Positions 1 to 11,597 of a stretch of 64,000 nucleotides of DNA are shown one piece after another. The stretch is from assembly GCF_018977255.1 (NCBI RefSeq), contig NW_024704742.1, forward strand, positions 34,102,001 through 34,166,000, written 5' to 3'. Source of the DNA: Callorhinchus milii (taxonomy: Eukaryota). Positions within the stretch are counted from its first letter, which is position 1. The number at the start of each line of letters is the position of its first letter. The notes beneath the pieces were generated by a model. That model was not told the DNA's origin. It saw only the letters and a program-made list of their open reading frames with translations, and ran no database searches. The position numbers and the translations under genes are program-made.

Positions 1-369
1 GATAGATCAGCCCACGATTTGATGATGACAGGGACTATAATATAGCCTCTAATGGTGGGATAAGAAAGAGGAACAGCTGGAGCTTGGAATGAGCCAGGCA
101 ACAGCAAGTAATCTGTTAATGAACAACATGCACTTGTAACTGGTTCAATGCATGGCTGCTTTTGCTCCAAATGAATTAATTTAACAGCCAATATCTGCTT
201 TTTGTACCCTTGTGCTTCTCTTGTTTATTTGTTGCAGTTTCCTTGTTGTCCCCTCCACTTTTGCGTTTGGTAAGTGGCAGCACGAAAAATCTCAGTGAGA
301 TATTGGAACTGAATGTTACCCCTAAATGAGGAGGAAGAGGAATGATGAGAAAGAGAGTGCAAGGGGAAG

Positions 370-510
370 AGAGGCCTGGTGGTATCCTCCTGCCACCTAT
401 ACAGTACATAGTTTGGGACATGTCATGTGCATGTGACTGCCAGGATGGTGGAAGACAAACTGGATGGACTTTGGTCTTCTTTTGTCCAGCAATTCGTATG
501 TTCTGATGTA
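370..510 (+). mobile_element. degraded CR1-type LINE 3' tail remnant
   Basis: Ends GGATGGACTTTGGTCTTCTTTTGTCCAGCAATTCGTATGTTCTGATG, resembling a CR1 terminal hairpin plus short (TATGTTC)-like repeat. Confidence 0.4.
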
Positions 511-825
511 CACTCAGAAGTCAGCCCCTAACAGTCTAATGCAGCAACTAGACCTACTACTGCAATCACGTCTCAGATTAAGGCACTGTAAAGGCAGTGT
601 AGATGATAATGGGTCAGAATGTGGTGGAGCACAAGCAATGCACCCTCTGAAGAAGGATGTAGTGAGATGCTTGTTCTTGGGATGAGTGGACGTGTGAGGG
701 GTTGAGGCCATTTACTTCCTCCTCCTCTAAAACAGGCAATAGCATCTAACAGTAATTTTCCATATGAAACTAACACATTTGTGTTCCTTTTTTCCGGATT
801 ATAAAAAACATCTGAATTTGCATGT

Positions 826-980
826 AATAACAACAATTTGCACTTATATAGCGCCCTCCACGCAGGGTAGGGTCTCAGAGCGCAGTAGGGTAGGGTCTCA
901 CTCCGAGCCAGGTGGGTCGGGGGGGGGGGGCGGGGAATTGGCCGTAAGCACAGTCGAAGAGAAAGGTTTTAAGGCAGGAC
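826..980 (-). mobile_element. old L2 LINE 3' fragment
   Basis: AACAACAATTTGCACTTATATAGCGCC tail and CACAGTCGAAGAGAAAGGTTTTAAG match the reverse complement of the L2 3' end at ~55140-55380. Confidence 0.6.
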
Positions 981-1994
981 GTTAATATTTAATGCACAAT
1001 TTCAACCCCATGATCATCTGAATGAGACCATTGTTTCCTTCTCTTTTGAAAATGTCCATGTTTCTAGTTGAATTCAACACAGTGAAATGTCTCATAGCAT
1101 GGTTTGCTGCCAACGTAAAATGAACAGGGGAGAGAAGTTCAGAGAAGCAATATAGCATCAATAAAATAGAAAATGGTAAGAAAAGGTCATGAGGAAGTGG
1201 GAGAGGGTGGTGGGGGGAACACTGTTGAAGGCGAGTGATGAGAGAAGCATCATCTCCCAAACGAGTGCAAGTGAAGTGCTGAAAGAGGCTTCCCAGTTAT
1301 GGAAGAACAGAGAAAAGCTAATAACTCGGTCGTGCCTCATAAAATCTTATTTGTTGGTTGTCAAACCCTATATTTTCAACAGTACCTATGGTTAACTTCC
1401 ACCCTCTCCTACACTTATTCCTTCCTTCCACCTTTAAGTTTGGGGGCCCAGTCAGCTATGTAAAGCACTTTGAGATGTCCTGCTGATATGAAAGATGCTA
1501 TATGTAAATTATTATGATTATCAATTACAGATTGACAATTGCTGAGGAGAAGAAGATTGTTGGCTTGGACACTAGGAGGAACTACCTTCTCTTTTGAAAC
1601 AGAGTTGTGGGATCTTGCTGTAGAATCAATCAGAACCTTGGTTTTAATGCCTCATCTGAAGGACCAAAACCCCACACTCTGGCCCATCCTTGGTTTCTAG
1701 CTGACACAGTAGGTGTGGAGGTGAGTGGAAGCAGTGGGAACCTAGTGCTTGTAAAATATACATTAATAAAATCAATACCTTGCTCTGATCAATCACTTAA
1801 TTGTATTTCCACTAAGACCATCACACTGCATAACAAATGTGAGATGATTGCTTTGATACTTGGAGCTAACGGGCATTACCTATAATAGCCTTAAAATGAT
1901 ATTGTGCAAGAATACAACTTATGAAAGTGTTTGGAGAAAGCATACTTCATCATTAACCATTTAAGTGATATCCTGCATGATTCGAAACTTCAAG

Positions 1995-2255
1995 CTCTGA
2001 AGGTTGTGGGTACAAGCTTCACATGGGGACCTTGAATTTACAGTCTAGTGCAGTGCTGGAGGAACACCGTATTGTTGAATGTGCCATCCTTCAGGTGAAA
2101 TGTTAAACCAAGGTCTAGACTGCCTGTTCAGGTAAATATTTAAAAAATTAGCTGGCAATCCCCTAGTTCACTTCATTGCTGTTTGTGGGACATTGCCATG
2201 TGTAAATTGACGGTTGCATTCACCTACAAATACACAATTGCTACACTTTACTTTA
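1995..2255 (+). mobile_element. SINE-A (tRNA/Deu-type SINE), degraded
   Basis: CTCTGAAGGTTGTGGGTACAAG...CTGCCTGTTCAGGT...GCTGTTTGTGGGACATTGC, colinear with the full copy at 42155-42602. Confidence 0.7.
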
Positions 2256-2378
2256 ATTAATTTTGATGGTAACATAATTTTCCCAACTTCACACAGTGCA
2301 TTGAAAATACTGAATATTTGGCATTTGCTTTTGGCTGCTGTACAAAGTTTCTATTTGCAAATTCATTTGCTTCATGTC

Positions 2379-2892
2379 TTACAGTTCTGAATTGTTTGTT
2401 TACATATTTTCAAAGCAACTTTACTAAAAAGAACTTTGTTAAATAAACTAATGTTTAATGGTCATTCTCTACTAATGTTGTCCATCTTACATCTGAGACT
2501 AACCTCATATTTTACTGCTGGAATTTTCTGGTTAAGTTAACTGTTAAGTTAACTCCAGTTAAGTTAACTGGAGTCCTGTAGCTCAGTGGTTAGAGCACTT
2601 GCCGTGCAAGCGAGACACCTGGATTCAATTCCAGGCAGGGCGAAACCTTGGGCAAGTTTCCTTACCTCATACGCCTAATAATAATCCCTCCAAAACAAAA
2701 CAATAATAAATTGGTCATTCTCAATCCATGACTGTTTGTGGGACACTGCTGTGCGCAATTGGCTGCTGTGTTTTGTCCACAAATATACATAAATATTAGT
2801 AGAGAATGACCATTAAGCATTAGTTTATTTAACAAAGTTCTTTTTAGTAAAGTTGCTTTGAAAATATGTAAACATACAATTCAGAACTGTAA
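2379..2892. repeat. 98-bp inverted repeat (arms 2379-2476 and 2795-2892)
   Basis: Direct reverse-complement comparison gives 96/98 identity; the right arm lies inside a SINE-B copy. Confidence 0.95.
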
Positions 2893-2968
2893 ATATATTC
2901 TGTAAAGCGCTTTGAGACGTCTAGAAGATGTGAAAAGTGCTATATCAAATGCAAGGATTATTATTATT
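2570..2968 (+). mobile_element. SINE-B (tRNA-headed SINE with L2-type tail), internally deleted and carrying an inverted insert
   Basis: A-box TAGCTCAGTGG, B-box-like GGATTCAATTCC, GGGCAAGTTTCCTTAC, tail GCGCTTTGAGACGTCTAGAAGATGTGAAAAGTGCTATATCAAATGCAAGG(ATT)n. Confidence 0.9.
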
Positions 2969-3764
2969 TACAGTAAATCCTGTGCAGCGCTTTGAGACCT
3001 TTCAATGACACGATAAGTCACTCTATCAAATGCAAAGGTGCACTATTATTTCTCCTGCGCAATGATCTTCCACCCTTTAAGCAATTTCTCACAAAAGGGC
3101 AGCTAACTGGTCAGTTATTGGCAGGCAAATTAGCACAGATATGAAATCTCCTTTGAAAAGTAAAATATCACTTGGATAATACAAAACACACAACAGCAAC
3201 ATTTATTAGTGCAGTTGAAGGGCAGAACAGCTATACAGAATTACCTGTCTTTGGAAGCCTTCCAATGTTTATAGGTTTCTTTCAACATCTAGTATTTTAT
3301 GGTATATATTTTGCCAATTATCAGATTCTCTTGTAAAATGAAATTCAGGTTTAATTTTCTCTACAGCATTAAAAGTCTTGCTTTTCATCTTTTAAATAGT
3401 AAGATGGTAGCACTTTCCTTGTGAAATAGTGTAAGCTTCATCTGGTTTTCTTCAATCACAAGAACATTTTTTAAAAACGTAATTCTGACAGATTGGGGAT
3501 TCAGACAGAACATACTTAAACACTATTGTAAATAACACAACTGAATAAACCACCCACACTCATCTACCAAAAGCTAAACAGTTTCAGATGATTTTTTTGT
3601 TACAAGTGAATGCAATTAAATTTGTATGTGCTTTTAAATGAGACTCTTCATATCACAAGCAAAAGGAGCTGATTTTACCTTCTTCCAAAATAGCACAATC
3701 CAATTCCCACATATAGCATAGTTTGCAAGGTTAATATTTATGTTTGAGGAATTAAAGACATGTA

Positions 3765-4165
3765 ATCAGCAAGTTGTGGGTTCTAGCACCATATTAATAT
3801 TTGGAACTCATATAGTCCAGGCTGAAGCACCAATGCAGCATAGGAGGTCAGTTGCACTGTTGGAGGTGCTGTCCTTTGAGTAAGACATTAAACAGCTCCT
3901 TCTCTGTGCCAGTTCAGGTGGACACTAATTATCTCATAGCACTATTCAAAAAGTGAAGGAAATTTCTCCTGGTGTACTAGTCAACATTCCCTCAAATAAA
4001 ATTGATCAGTCACTTTGCGACACTGTTGGGTGCAAATTGGCTATCAAGTGTGCCCACAAAATATAGTCAATTCACTTTACAGTATATTCTGTGAAGCACT
4101 TTGAAAAGTATCGAAGATGTGATAAGGTACTATATCAAATGCAAGAATTATGATTATTATTATAT
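3765..4165 (+). mobile_element. SINE-A copy
   Basis: GTTGTGGGTTC...CAGGCTGA...TGTTGGAGGTGCTGTCCTTTG...TTCAGGTGGAC...tail ending ATATCAAATGCAAG(ATT)n. Confidence 0.8.
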
Positions 4166-4481
4166 CCGTGAAGCGCTTTGAGATGTCCTCCTGACATGAA
4201 AGGTGCTATATCAAATATAAGGATTATTTTATTTGACTGCTCCACCCAGACCAACTTATATTTTAAACTTGTACGGTGTCAAGTTGGAGTAGCAGCTGGT
4301 CAATGCCAGTGGGAAATCTCAATAAACCATTTTATCCGGTGGAAAACCCTGTTTGGGACATTGGTATTTCACCACATTGTGCCTTACACCAGAGAACAGT
4401 GGGTTTTTTATGCCTGTAATTATCACTGTGGGAAGAGTGTGTCCTACCTCTTCTGCTCACACAACACCACTCCACTTCAAG

Positions 4482-5790
4482 AGTAACATAACATGTAGGA
4501 GCAGGAGTAGGCCATTCGACCCTTCGAGCCTGCCCCACCATTCAATCATGGCTGATCTTCTAATCTAACTCCAGATAATAACCTAACCCTGCCTTAGCCC
4601 CATATCCCTTAATCCCTTTTGCAATAAGAAATCTATCTATCTCAGTCTTGAATATGTTCAAGGACAGAGCGTCAACAGCCCTTTGGGGTAGTGAGTTCCA
4701 TACATTCACCACCCTTTGAGTGAAGAAGTTCTTCCTCAATTCAGTGCGAAAGGGCTGCCTCTGATTTTAAGGTTGTGACCCCTGGTTTTAGTTTCTCCAA
4801 CCAGAGGAAACAATCTCCCACTATCTACTATATCATACCCTTTGTTGATCTTATAGGTTTCTATAAGATCCCCTCTAATTCTTCTATATTCTAGAGAATA
4901 TAGGCCCAAATTGGTCAGCCTATCCTCATAACTCATCTCCTTCATCCCTAACTTAGTAAATCTACGCTTCACCCCCTCCAAGGCAAGTACATCCTTCCTT
5001 AAATAAGGAGAGCAAAACTGCACATAGTATTCTAGGTGTGGTCTCACCAGGGCCCTATACAGTTGCAGCAAGATGTCCCTACTCTTATACTCTAATCCTT
5101 TATAATGAATGCTAACATACCGTTCGCCTTCCTAATTGTTTGCTGCACCTGCAGACTTCGCACTTCCCTACATTATACTTCATCTGCCACCTACCTGCCC
5201 AATCAGCTAACCTATCTATGTCTCGCTGCATTTTTTAATGTCGTCCTCTGTGGTGACACTTCCTCCTAGTTTTGTGTCATCTGCGAATTTAGATATATTA
5301 ACTTCGATGTCCTCATCTAGATCGTTGATGTAGATGGTAAATAGCTGAGGCCCAAGGACTGATCCTCGTGGCACTCCACTAGTCACATTCCGCCAATCTG
5401 AAAAGGATCCGTTTATTCCTACTCTTTGTTTCCTACCCGTTAACCATTCCCCAATCCAAGTTAATATGCTCCCCCCAATTCCATGGGCCCTTATCTTTTG
5501 GACTAACCTTTTATGAAGCACCTTATCGAATGCCTTCTGGAAGTCCAAATAGACCACATCCACTGATTCACTCTTATCTGGTTTACTCGAAATATCCTCA
5601 AAAAACTCTATGAGATTTGTCAAACATGACTTCCCTTTTGTAAAGCCATGTTGACTTGGCCTAATTATATTGTGCTCCCCTAAATACCGCACTACCACAT
5701 CCTTAATCAATGATTCTAAAATTTTTCCTATCACTGATGTGAGACTAACTGGCCTATAGTTCCCCATCTTTTCCTTTCCACCTATTTTTC
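4482..5790 (-). mobile_element. 5'-truncated CR1-clade LINE with disrupted ORF2 (reverse transcriptase) and 3' UTR
   Basis: ORF 5216-5767 has [45 protein letters not shown] 4736-5071 has LYRALVRPHLEY...LYSLEYRRIRGDLIETYKI...TRGH; CR1 3' tail GGCTCGAAGGGTCGAATGGCCTACTCCTGCTCCT; frameshifts and an internal deletion near 5157. Confidence 0.93.
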
Positions 5791-7749
5791 AAAGGGCTCG
5801 AGACAAACTACCAGACAGAGGCTACATAATGTGGCTCAACGTATTTGACACATTTTATGGCACAAATGTTGCACTGAACATTTCGATCAGAGTAGGGGTG
5901 GGGGTGTCCATGTTGAATTTTTACATAGAAAATACTTTGAAAACAGCGTTTCAATATCAGAATGTTTGTCTTGCTCTACATTTGACCCCTGAAGGTAAAA
6001 TGTTTTGCATTCAGTGTGCGATTGCATTTGTTGTATCCACCTTTTCTCATACACAATGCTTGCTGTAAATCATGCTGTGCTCTTGTTTCTGAACTCTGCT
6101 CAAAAAGCTTTCGGAGTAATTGTATGTTTCAATTTGATTTGCTGTATGTAGTTTATACAGAACTGAATTACCATTAATTGAAAACCGTTATATCATCATA
6201 ACAGGCATTAAATCTGAAATCAAAACGTTGGTTCTTGTCAGTGCTGCGTTAAAAATCATGTGCAATGTTATCCCTTAAGTCTCTTTCACATAGACACATG
6301 CAAGTTGCAAAATAGAGTGCATCATTTGGCATTGAAAGCACTGCTGTTAGGAATTTCTGAAGCCAAAAAATGTGAACACATTGTGTGGCATTTTCAACCA
6401 GATTTAATAATAATAACAATAATAATCCTTACAGTTTGATATAGCACAGTTCATGTCTGGAGGACATTGCAAAGCGCTTCACTGGATTTACTGTAGTGAC
6501 TGTGTATTTTGTAGGCATTTGGATGCACTGACAGCAATGTCTGTTTTGTGAATATTAGAAGCTGCTTAATTTATGAGATTCTCAAAGTGGCTAATTATGA
6601 AATCACCAAAATAATGTCAAAGTACAAAGAAAGGGCGGTGAGTAAAAATGCCACTCTGACAATAACTCCCTGTTCTGCCTTGTTTTCTCTGTTGCTTAAG
6701 GGCAACTTGTGCCTCCTTCCTTGGACCTTTCATGTACTTTTACTGTCCAGATTTAATGTACTATATTTATCTTGATAGCTAGCATTCATTAGGGTTCAAT
6801 TTCCTAAATTCAGTGATTTATTTAATCCTAAAAATTGGCTGATGCTTTGGGAAGCAGACTACTTTGACTGCTGTTTTTAATTACAATAGAAAGTGTAATA
6901 TTCACAGGACTTTCCTGTGGAATCCCATGATCAGGGATCTGCACAGAGCCTTGCTGGCATTCAATGTGGGCACCAGAACTGGAATGTGCGAGGAATGCTG
7001 CACTGCACACAGATGGGTTAAAAAGCTCTCGCCTAGTTGTGTTTTTTGTTCTCTGGAACCTGTAAGCATATTAAATAGAGCCGTTATCACCTGATGCTGA
7101 TTTCACTCGGATTTTGTAATGGAGAATCAATTTTTTTAACTGCAAATTAGCCACAAGTAATCAGAAAAACCTCCTAATCATAAGAATGAAATGGGACTAT
7201 TAAAACTGTGCAGCTATGAAACATTTTCAAAATGAATCGCTTTTTTTTCTCTCTCTCTCTACAGCACTTCCACAGACACAATTTTATTTTATTACAAATC
7301 AGTAATGGGGATTAAGAAAGAAGATGGTATTCCATAATTCAACTGGAGTTGTCAAAAATGTCATTCCTTTAGAAGCAGATAACAGTATCTTCGAAGCAGC
7401 AGTATATTTACAACACCAATGAACCAAATGCACTGGGCAATACAATACAACGCAAATTTACATTTATATAGCACTTTTCACTTTGGGAGGGCATCCCAAG
7501 ACACTTAAACAATCCTGGACTCCAAGTAAATGATGCTTTTCTGTCAAATTGCACTTTAAAAAATTTGATCCAAATATTATAAACACATTATTTTAAGTTG
7601 GTATTACCAAGAGGTAAGTAACCAGAGATCAAACTATTTCAGGTATATAATTGGCCAAATCCACTTTGGAGAAATATTTGTTAACCAGAAAATAAAGTAA
7701 CCCACTTGAGTTTTTTTAAACAAAAAAAATTATAATAATAAAGATACTA

Positions 7750-8100
7750 GTATTAATAATATACTTGCATTTGGAAAAAGGACTACATACTGGGAAGATG
7801 CCTCAAACCCTCATATTATATACTGGAATATGTAATGACTGGGCATTTTTTGGCTAAGCACAAACAATTTATGCACCACAATGTTTCACAAACAGCCATA
7901 AAGTGAATGATCAATTCTTTTGGGGAGATTGTTGGTCTGTATACCAGGATAAAAACACTTATCCTTCAAAATAAGGCAAGGAATCTTTAACATTCACCTG
8001 AACAGGCAGACCAGGCCTCAAGTTAATGTCTTAAGGACAGCATCTCCAACCATGCAGCAGACCCTCAGCACTGCACTGGAGTTTCATTTTGGACTATTTA
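7750..8100 (-). mobile_element. SINE-A copy
   Basis: TCTTTAACATTCACCTGAACAGGCAGAC...CATCTCCAAC...CCCTCAGCACTGCACTGGAGT, in the same orientation as the minus-strand copy at 42155-42602. Confidence 0.7.
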
Positions 8101-8151
8101 AATCCTGATTTAAGTTGCATTTTTCTCCCTGTTTATTCATATATTTCTACC

Positions 8152-8262
8152 AAGGCTGAGATCAACTAATTTAGTACAAGCCAAGGATTGAGGCTAAAAC
8201 CTTCTGGATCTGCACAGCTCAATTCACAATGGAACGTGGCTTTGCTCGCCAGGCCATTGGGG
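8152..8262 (-). mobile_element. ancient SINE-like repeat ('SINE-C'); other copies ~21345-21450(+), ~28032-28122(-), ~57735-57800(-), ~61235-61325(+)
   Basis: Shared degenerate motif GAAGGTCCCAGGTTTGAT-C-CTGGTCT-T-CTGAGTTAG-TGA-CTCAGC at five places, with a B-box-like core. Confidence 0.45.
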
Positions 8263-8574
8263 AAAAAAAATTTCAACTGAAAAAAAAAGCCTCCTTAACT
8301 AGACATATCCATTTGTTTGCCTGTTCAGGTGGATTTTAAGGATCATTGCTGTGTGTAATATGGCAGCAGCATTCGCCCGCAGTCATTCCACTTTCCGATA
8401 TATCGTGTGAAGCTTGTTGGGATGTCCTCACTATACCAAATGAAAGGATTATTATTATTTATCACAACTAATAACAACAACGAACATTGACGAAACAGAT
8501 ACCTGTGGACTCAATCATTATGCTACTGTTGGGGTGAAGGTGATTGATTCCTCTTAGCTCAAGTCTTATTCCAA

Positions 8575-8740
8575 TTCAAAGGTGCAACTGGAATAGATTA
8601 TCAGGAAGAATGGTAGAGGCCAACACTGAACTAATTTAAAAAGCAGCTTGATGTTGTGATGGGAGGATGGGAGGGAAGGTCTTCTGAAAGGATGAGATCA
8701 GATGTCCTTCTTCATTCAAACCAATCTGTGATCTTATGAA
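8575..8740 (+). mobile_element. old CR1 3' end fragment
   Basis: TGGAATAGATTATCAGGAAGAATGGTAGAGGC...TTTAAAAAGCAGCTTGAT reads WNRLSG..VEA...FKKQLD, the CR1 ORF2 C-terminus, followed by a tail ending TGTGATCTTATGA. Confidence 0.55.
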
Positions 8741-10439
8741 GTATCTAGTTGGCCTACTCTATAGCCCTACAACTTGCGAAATATTTTTACCACAACACAG
8801 TGACCAGTAGTGTTCCTGTTGAGGTTCAAATAGTATCATTGTTACTGGGCTAAAGAGTTTACTGATTTTCTCTCTCTATTATCTCTCCTTTCCTCTCCCT
8901 CATTACTAAGTGCAAGTGTATATCAGACAAGGGCAAGATTTGTAATAGTTGTGATCCTCCTTACAGTCAAATAACCTCACTATCCTGGCTGACAGATGAA
9001 GAATGTCCATTTGGCGAAATACCGGGGAGAAGCCATTGAATTGCAAGAATGAATGCCTTCAGGAAAGGAGAGGAATTAGAGGGGGAAAGGATGTTTCCAA
9101 AATCTCTATCAACTGAAACTCTGCATGAAAACATTTTATAACATGTTATAGAATCTTTCACAACAGGAAGACATCCCAAAGCCTTCAAAGCACATCCCAA
9201 AACTATGTGTTTTATTGGCGGACATTATAAAGGATATTTTTAAACACTGTAAAACTAACTATGTTACCTTGCTGCATAATAAATAATGCTGAAGTGAATT
9301 GTTTCCTAAAGCAGATATTTGTTTGTTTATTCTTGCCAAGTTGCAAGTGAGCCATGATATAAAATTACACCTATAATCTCATCCCTTATGCACACACCAT
9401 ATCTCCCCACACACACATACACACACAACCTTGCCATGATTTAGCACAATATATTTTAGTTTTGATGAGGTGAACCGTATATTTGGTTTTGAGCATTTCA
9501 AAAATGTGTTCCGTATAAACTGCCTGTTTTCAGCAAAACAAAATAATAAGAGCTTCACGTCTTCATACGTATCTTGTCAGAGTCAAATCGTGATTGTTTC
9601 AGAAACCCATTCAGTGGGATAATTCCTGTTCAGTATGTCACACAGTGCAGGGAAGAGTGTCCAGTTTATTCTGTTGAATGATACTATCACCTGTTAGTTA
9701 GCCGGAGGCATTTGTTGACACTGGGTCCAAATGGCAACGCTCCCTAAGTGGTCATTCAGCAGATTCTAAATACAGGTAGCTTTGAAATTTCACACGTGTT
9801 TTTATACGAATGCCGGATGATATTTAATTAGAGAGCACCATATCACAATGCTCGTCAATCAGTAGGAGCGTGCCTGAGCTTTGAAAGTAAACAAGCAAGA
9901 GCAGTATCAGAAAATCAGTATCATTGAGCTAGTGTAAGAACATTCAATGCATTTAACAACATTTGCAAATTGATTCCCCCGACTACCCCACCCCCCCACA
10001 CCCCCCCACCCGTTGTCCAGATGTGCATTCAAGTTAGTAGTGGATATTTGTAAACGTCTGGTATTCAGCGTGATGAATATCTAATGTAATTCTCCATCCC
10101 CCAAATGGTTTCTTGTCATCAGAGCGATGAGATTGAGATTTGAAGCCTGCCTTTGGAAACATGAGTTGTGTGTCAACTAACTGTTTAACTGTTGTGCTGA
10201 TGGGTCACATCAGGGGCACCTCACTCGAGTAACCTCCTGGATGAGCGCGTATATTATTTCATGATAAGTTAACTTGGAATAATATGTACAAGTCGAATGC
10301 ACTGAGAATTGTAATTACGGGCTCTTCCCAAGATCACATGTGAGATGAACTGCTGATGTGCCGGGGGAATCAGTGGAGATGCTTTCTCTGCATCTTGAGG
10401 AACTGAAAGCAACTTGTTTGACCCAGTGCTCAGATCACT

Positions 10440-10467
10440 GTTGCTAGGCAACAGCAGTCATGCAAAT
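10440..10467. promoter_or_regulatory. candidate enhancer core: RFX X-box next to a POU octamer
   Basis: GTTGCTAGGCAAC at 10440-10452 and ATGCAAAT at 10460-10467, in a repeat-free tract; motif match only. Confidence 0.35.
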
Positions 10468-10845
10468 GTTTTTTTTGTTACCGAAGTTTTAAAAAAGAAG
10501 CAATTAAAACGTGCAGCTATGAAACTTCACAATTCTGGCCGTCAGATGAAGAATAGCCAATAAAATAGGGTAGGGTTATTTATCTGACAGGTGCTGAATT
10601 TGTATCATGGTAAAGCATAAGGGGAAAATAACCATCTATTTATGCCATTGTTATCTATTATAACCATTGATTTTCGCTATCTGAACAGTAATCCTAATGG
10701 CAGCATGATCCAGGGGATGAAGTTCAACTTTACTTCTCACTGTGGGTAGGTTCTCAGCTCTCCACCATCTTGTACAGCAAGACAACCTGAAGATAATGTA
10801 ATAACAATCTCTGCATTTAATATAGCAACTTAGGACTTTACTACA

Positions 10846-11597
10846 AATAATAATAGTTCTTGCATTTAATGTGGTGCCTTATCATGTTGTTGAGACGTCT
10901 CAAAGTGCTTCACAGGATATATTGTAAAGTGGATTGACTGTGTATTTTGTGGGCGAAATGTGGCAGTTCAATTGTACACAGCAGTGTCCCACAAACAGTC
11001 GTGGATTGAGTGACCAAAATTATTATTTGGTTTTGAGAGATTATTACCTCTGGAAAGCAATCTGTCAATCGACTAATAACCGGGTTCCTACTTACTGCTC
11101 GGTAAATAGAGGAGTGTGGAGTAAGGAAACTTGCCTACAACAACAACAACAACAACAAGATTCCATTTATAGAGCGCCTTTCACGTCAGGAGGACGTCCC
11201 AAGGCGCTGCACAGTTGGGTCATGACCCGAGCAGGGGGGAAATGGTCAGGGTGAGGGAAGGGAGGGAGGGAGAGAGGAGGGGGGAAGTGGTCAGGGTGAG
11301 GAGAGGGAAGGGAGGGAGCGAGGAGGAGGAAGAGAGTCGAGAGGGGAGCTGAAGGCACGGTCAAAGAGAAAGGTTTTGAGACCGGCCTTGAAGGAGGAAA
11401 GGGAGGAAGCGGCGAAGGCACTGGGGATGGAGTTCCAGAGCCTCGGGGCTGAGAGGCTGAAGGCCCGACCACCGATGGTAGGGCGGTTGGGGCGGGGGAC
11501 GTGAAGCAGACCAGAGCCAGAGGAACGGAGGGTACGGGCAGGTAGGTAGGGGACGGAGGGTACGGGCAGGTAGGTAGGGGTTGCCTAAGGTTTCGTC
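10846..11597 (-). mobile_element. SINE-B copy interrupted by an L2 insertion (11138-11580)
   Basis: SINE-B reverse complement runs to ...GTAAGGAAACTTGCCTA at 11137 and resumes TTGCCTAAGGTTTCG at 11581. Confidence 0.85.
11138..11580 (-). mobile_element. young 5'-truncated L2 copy with 7-bp TSD (TTGCCTA)
   Basis: Nearly identical to the reverse complement of ~54963-55380; (CAA)n tail; TSD at 11131-11137 and 11581-11587. Confidence 0.95.

Noticed and set aside
2570..2645. Possible tRNA genes (also ~29010-29082 and ~47604-47675)
   Set aside because: A/B boxes are present, but the sequences are mutually diverged, lack a clean cloverleaf and continue into SINE body and tail, so they are SINE heads.
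2379..2892. MITE with 98-bp TIRs that captured a SINE head
   Set aside because: The SINE continues colinearly outside the right arm and no TSD flanks the arms; an insertion into the SINE fits better.
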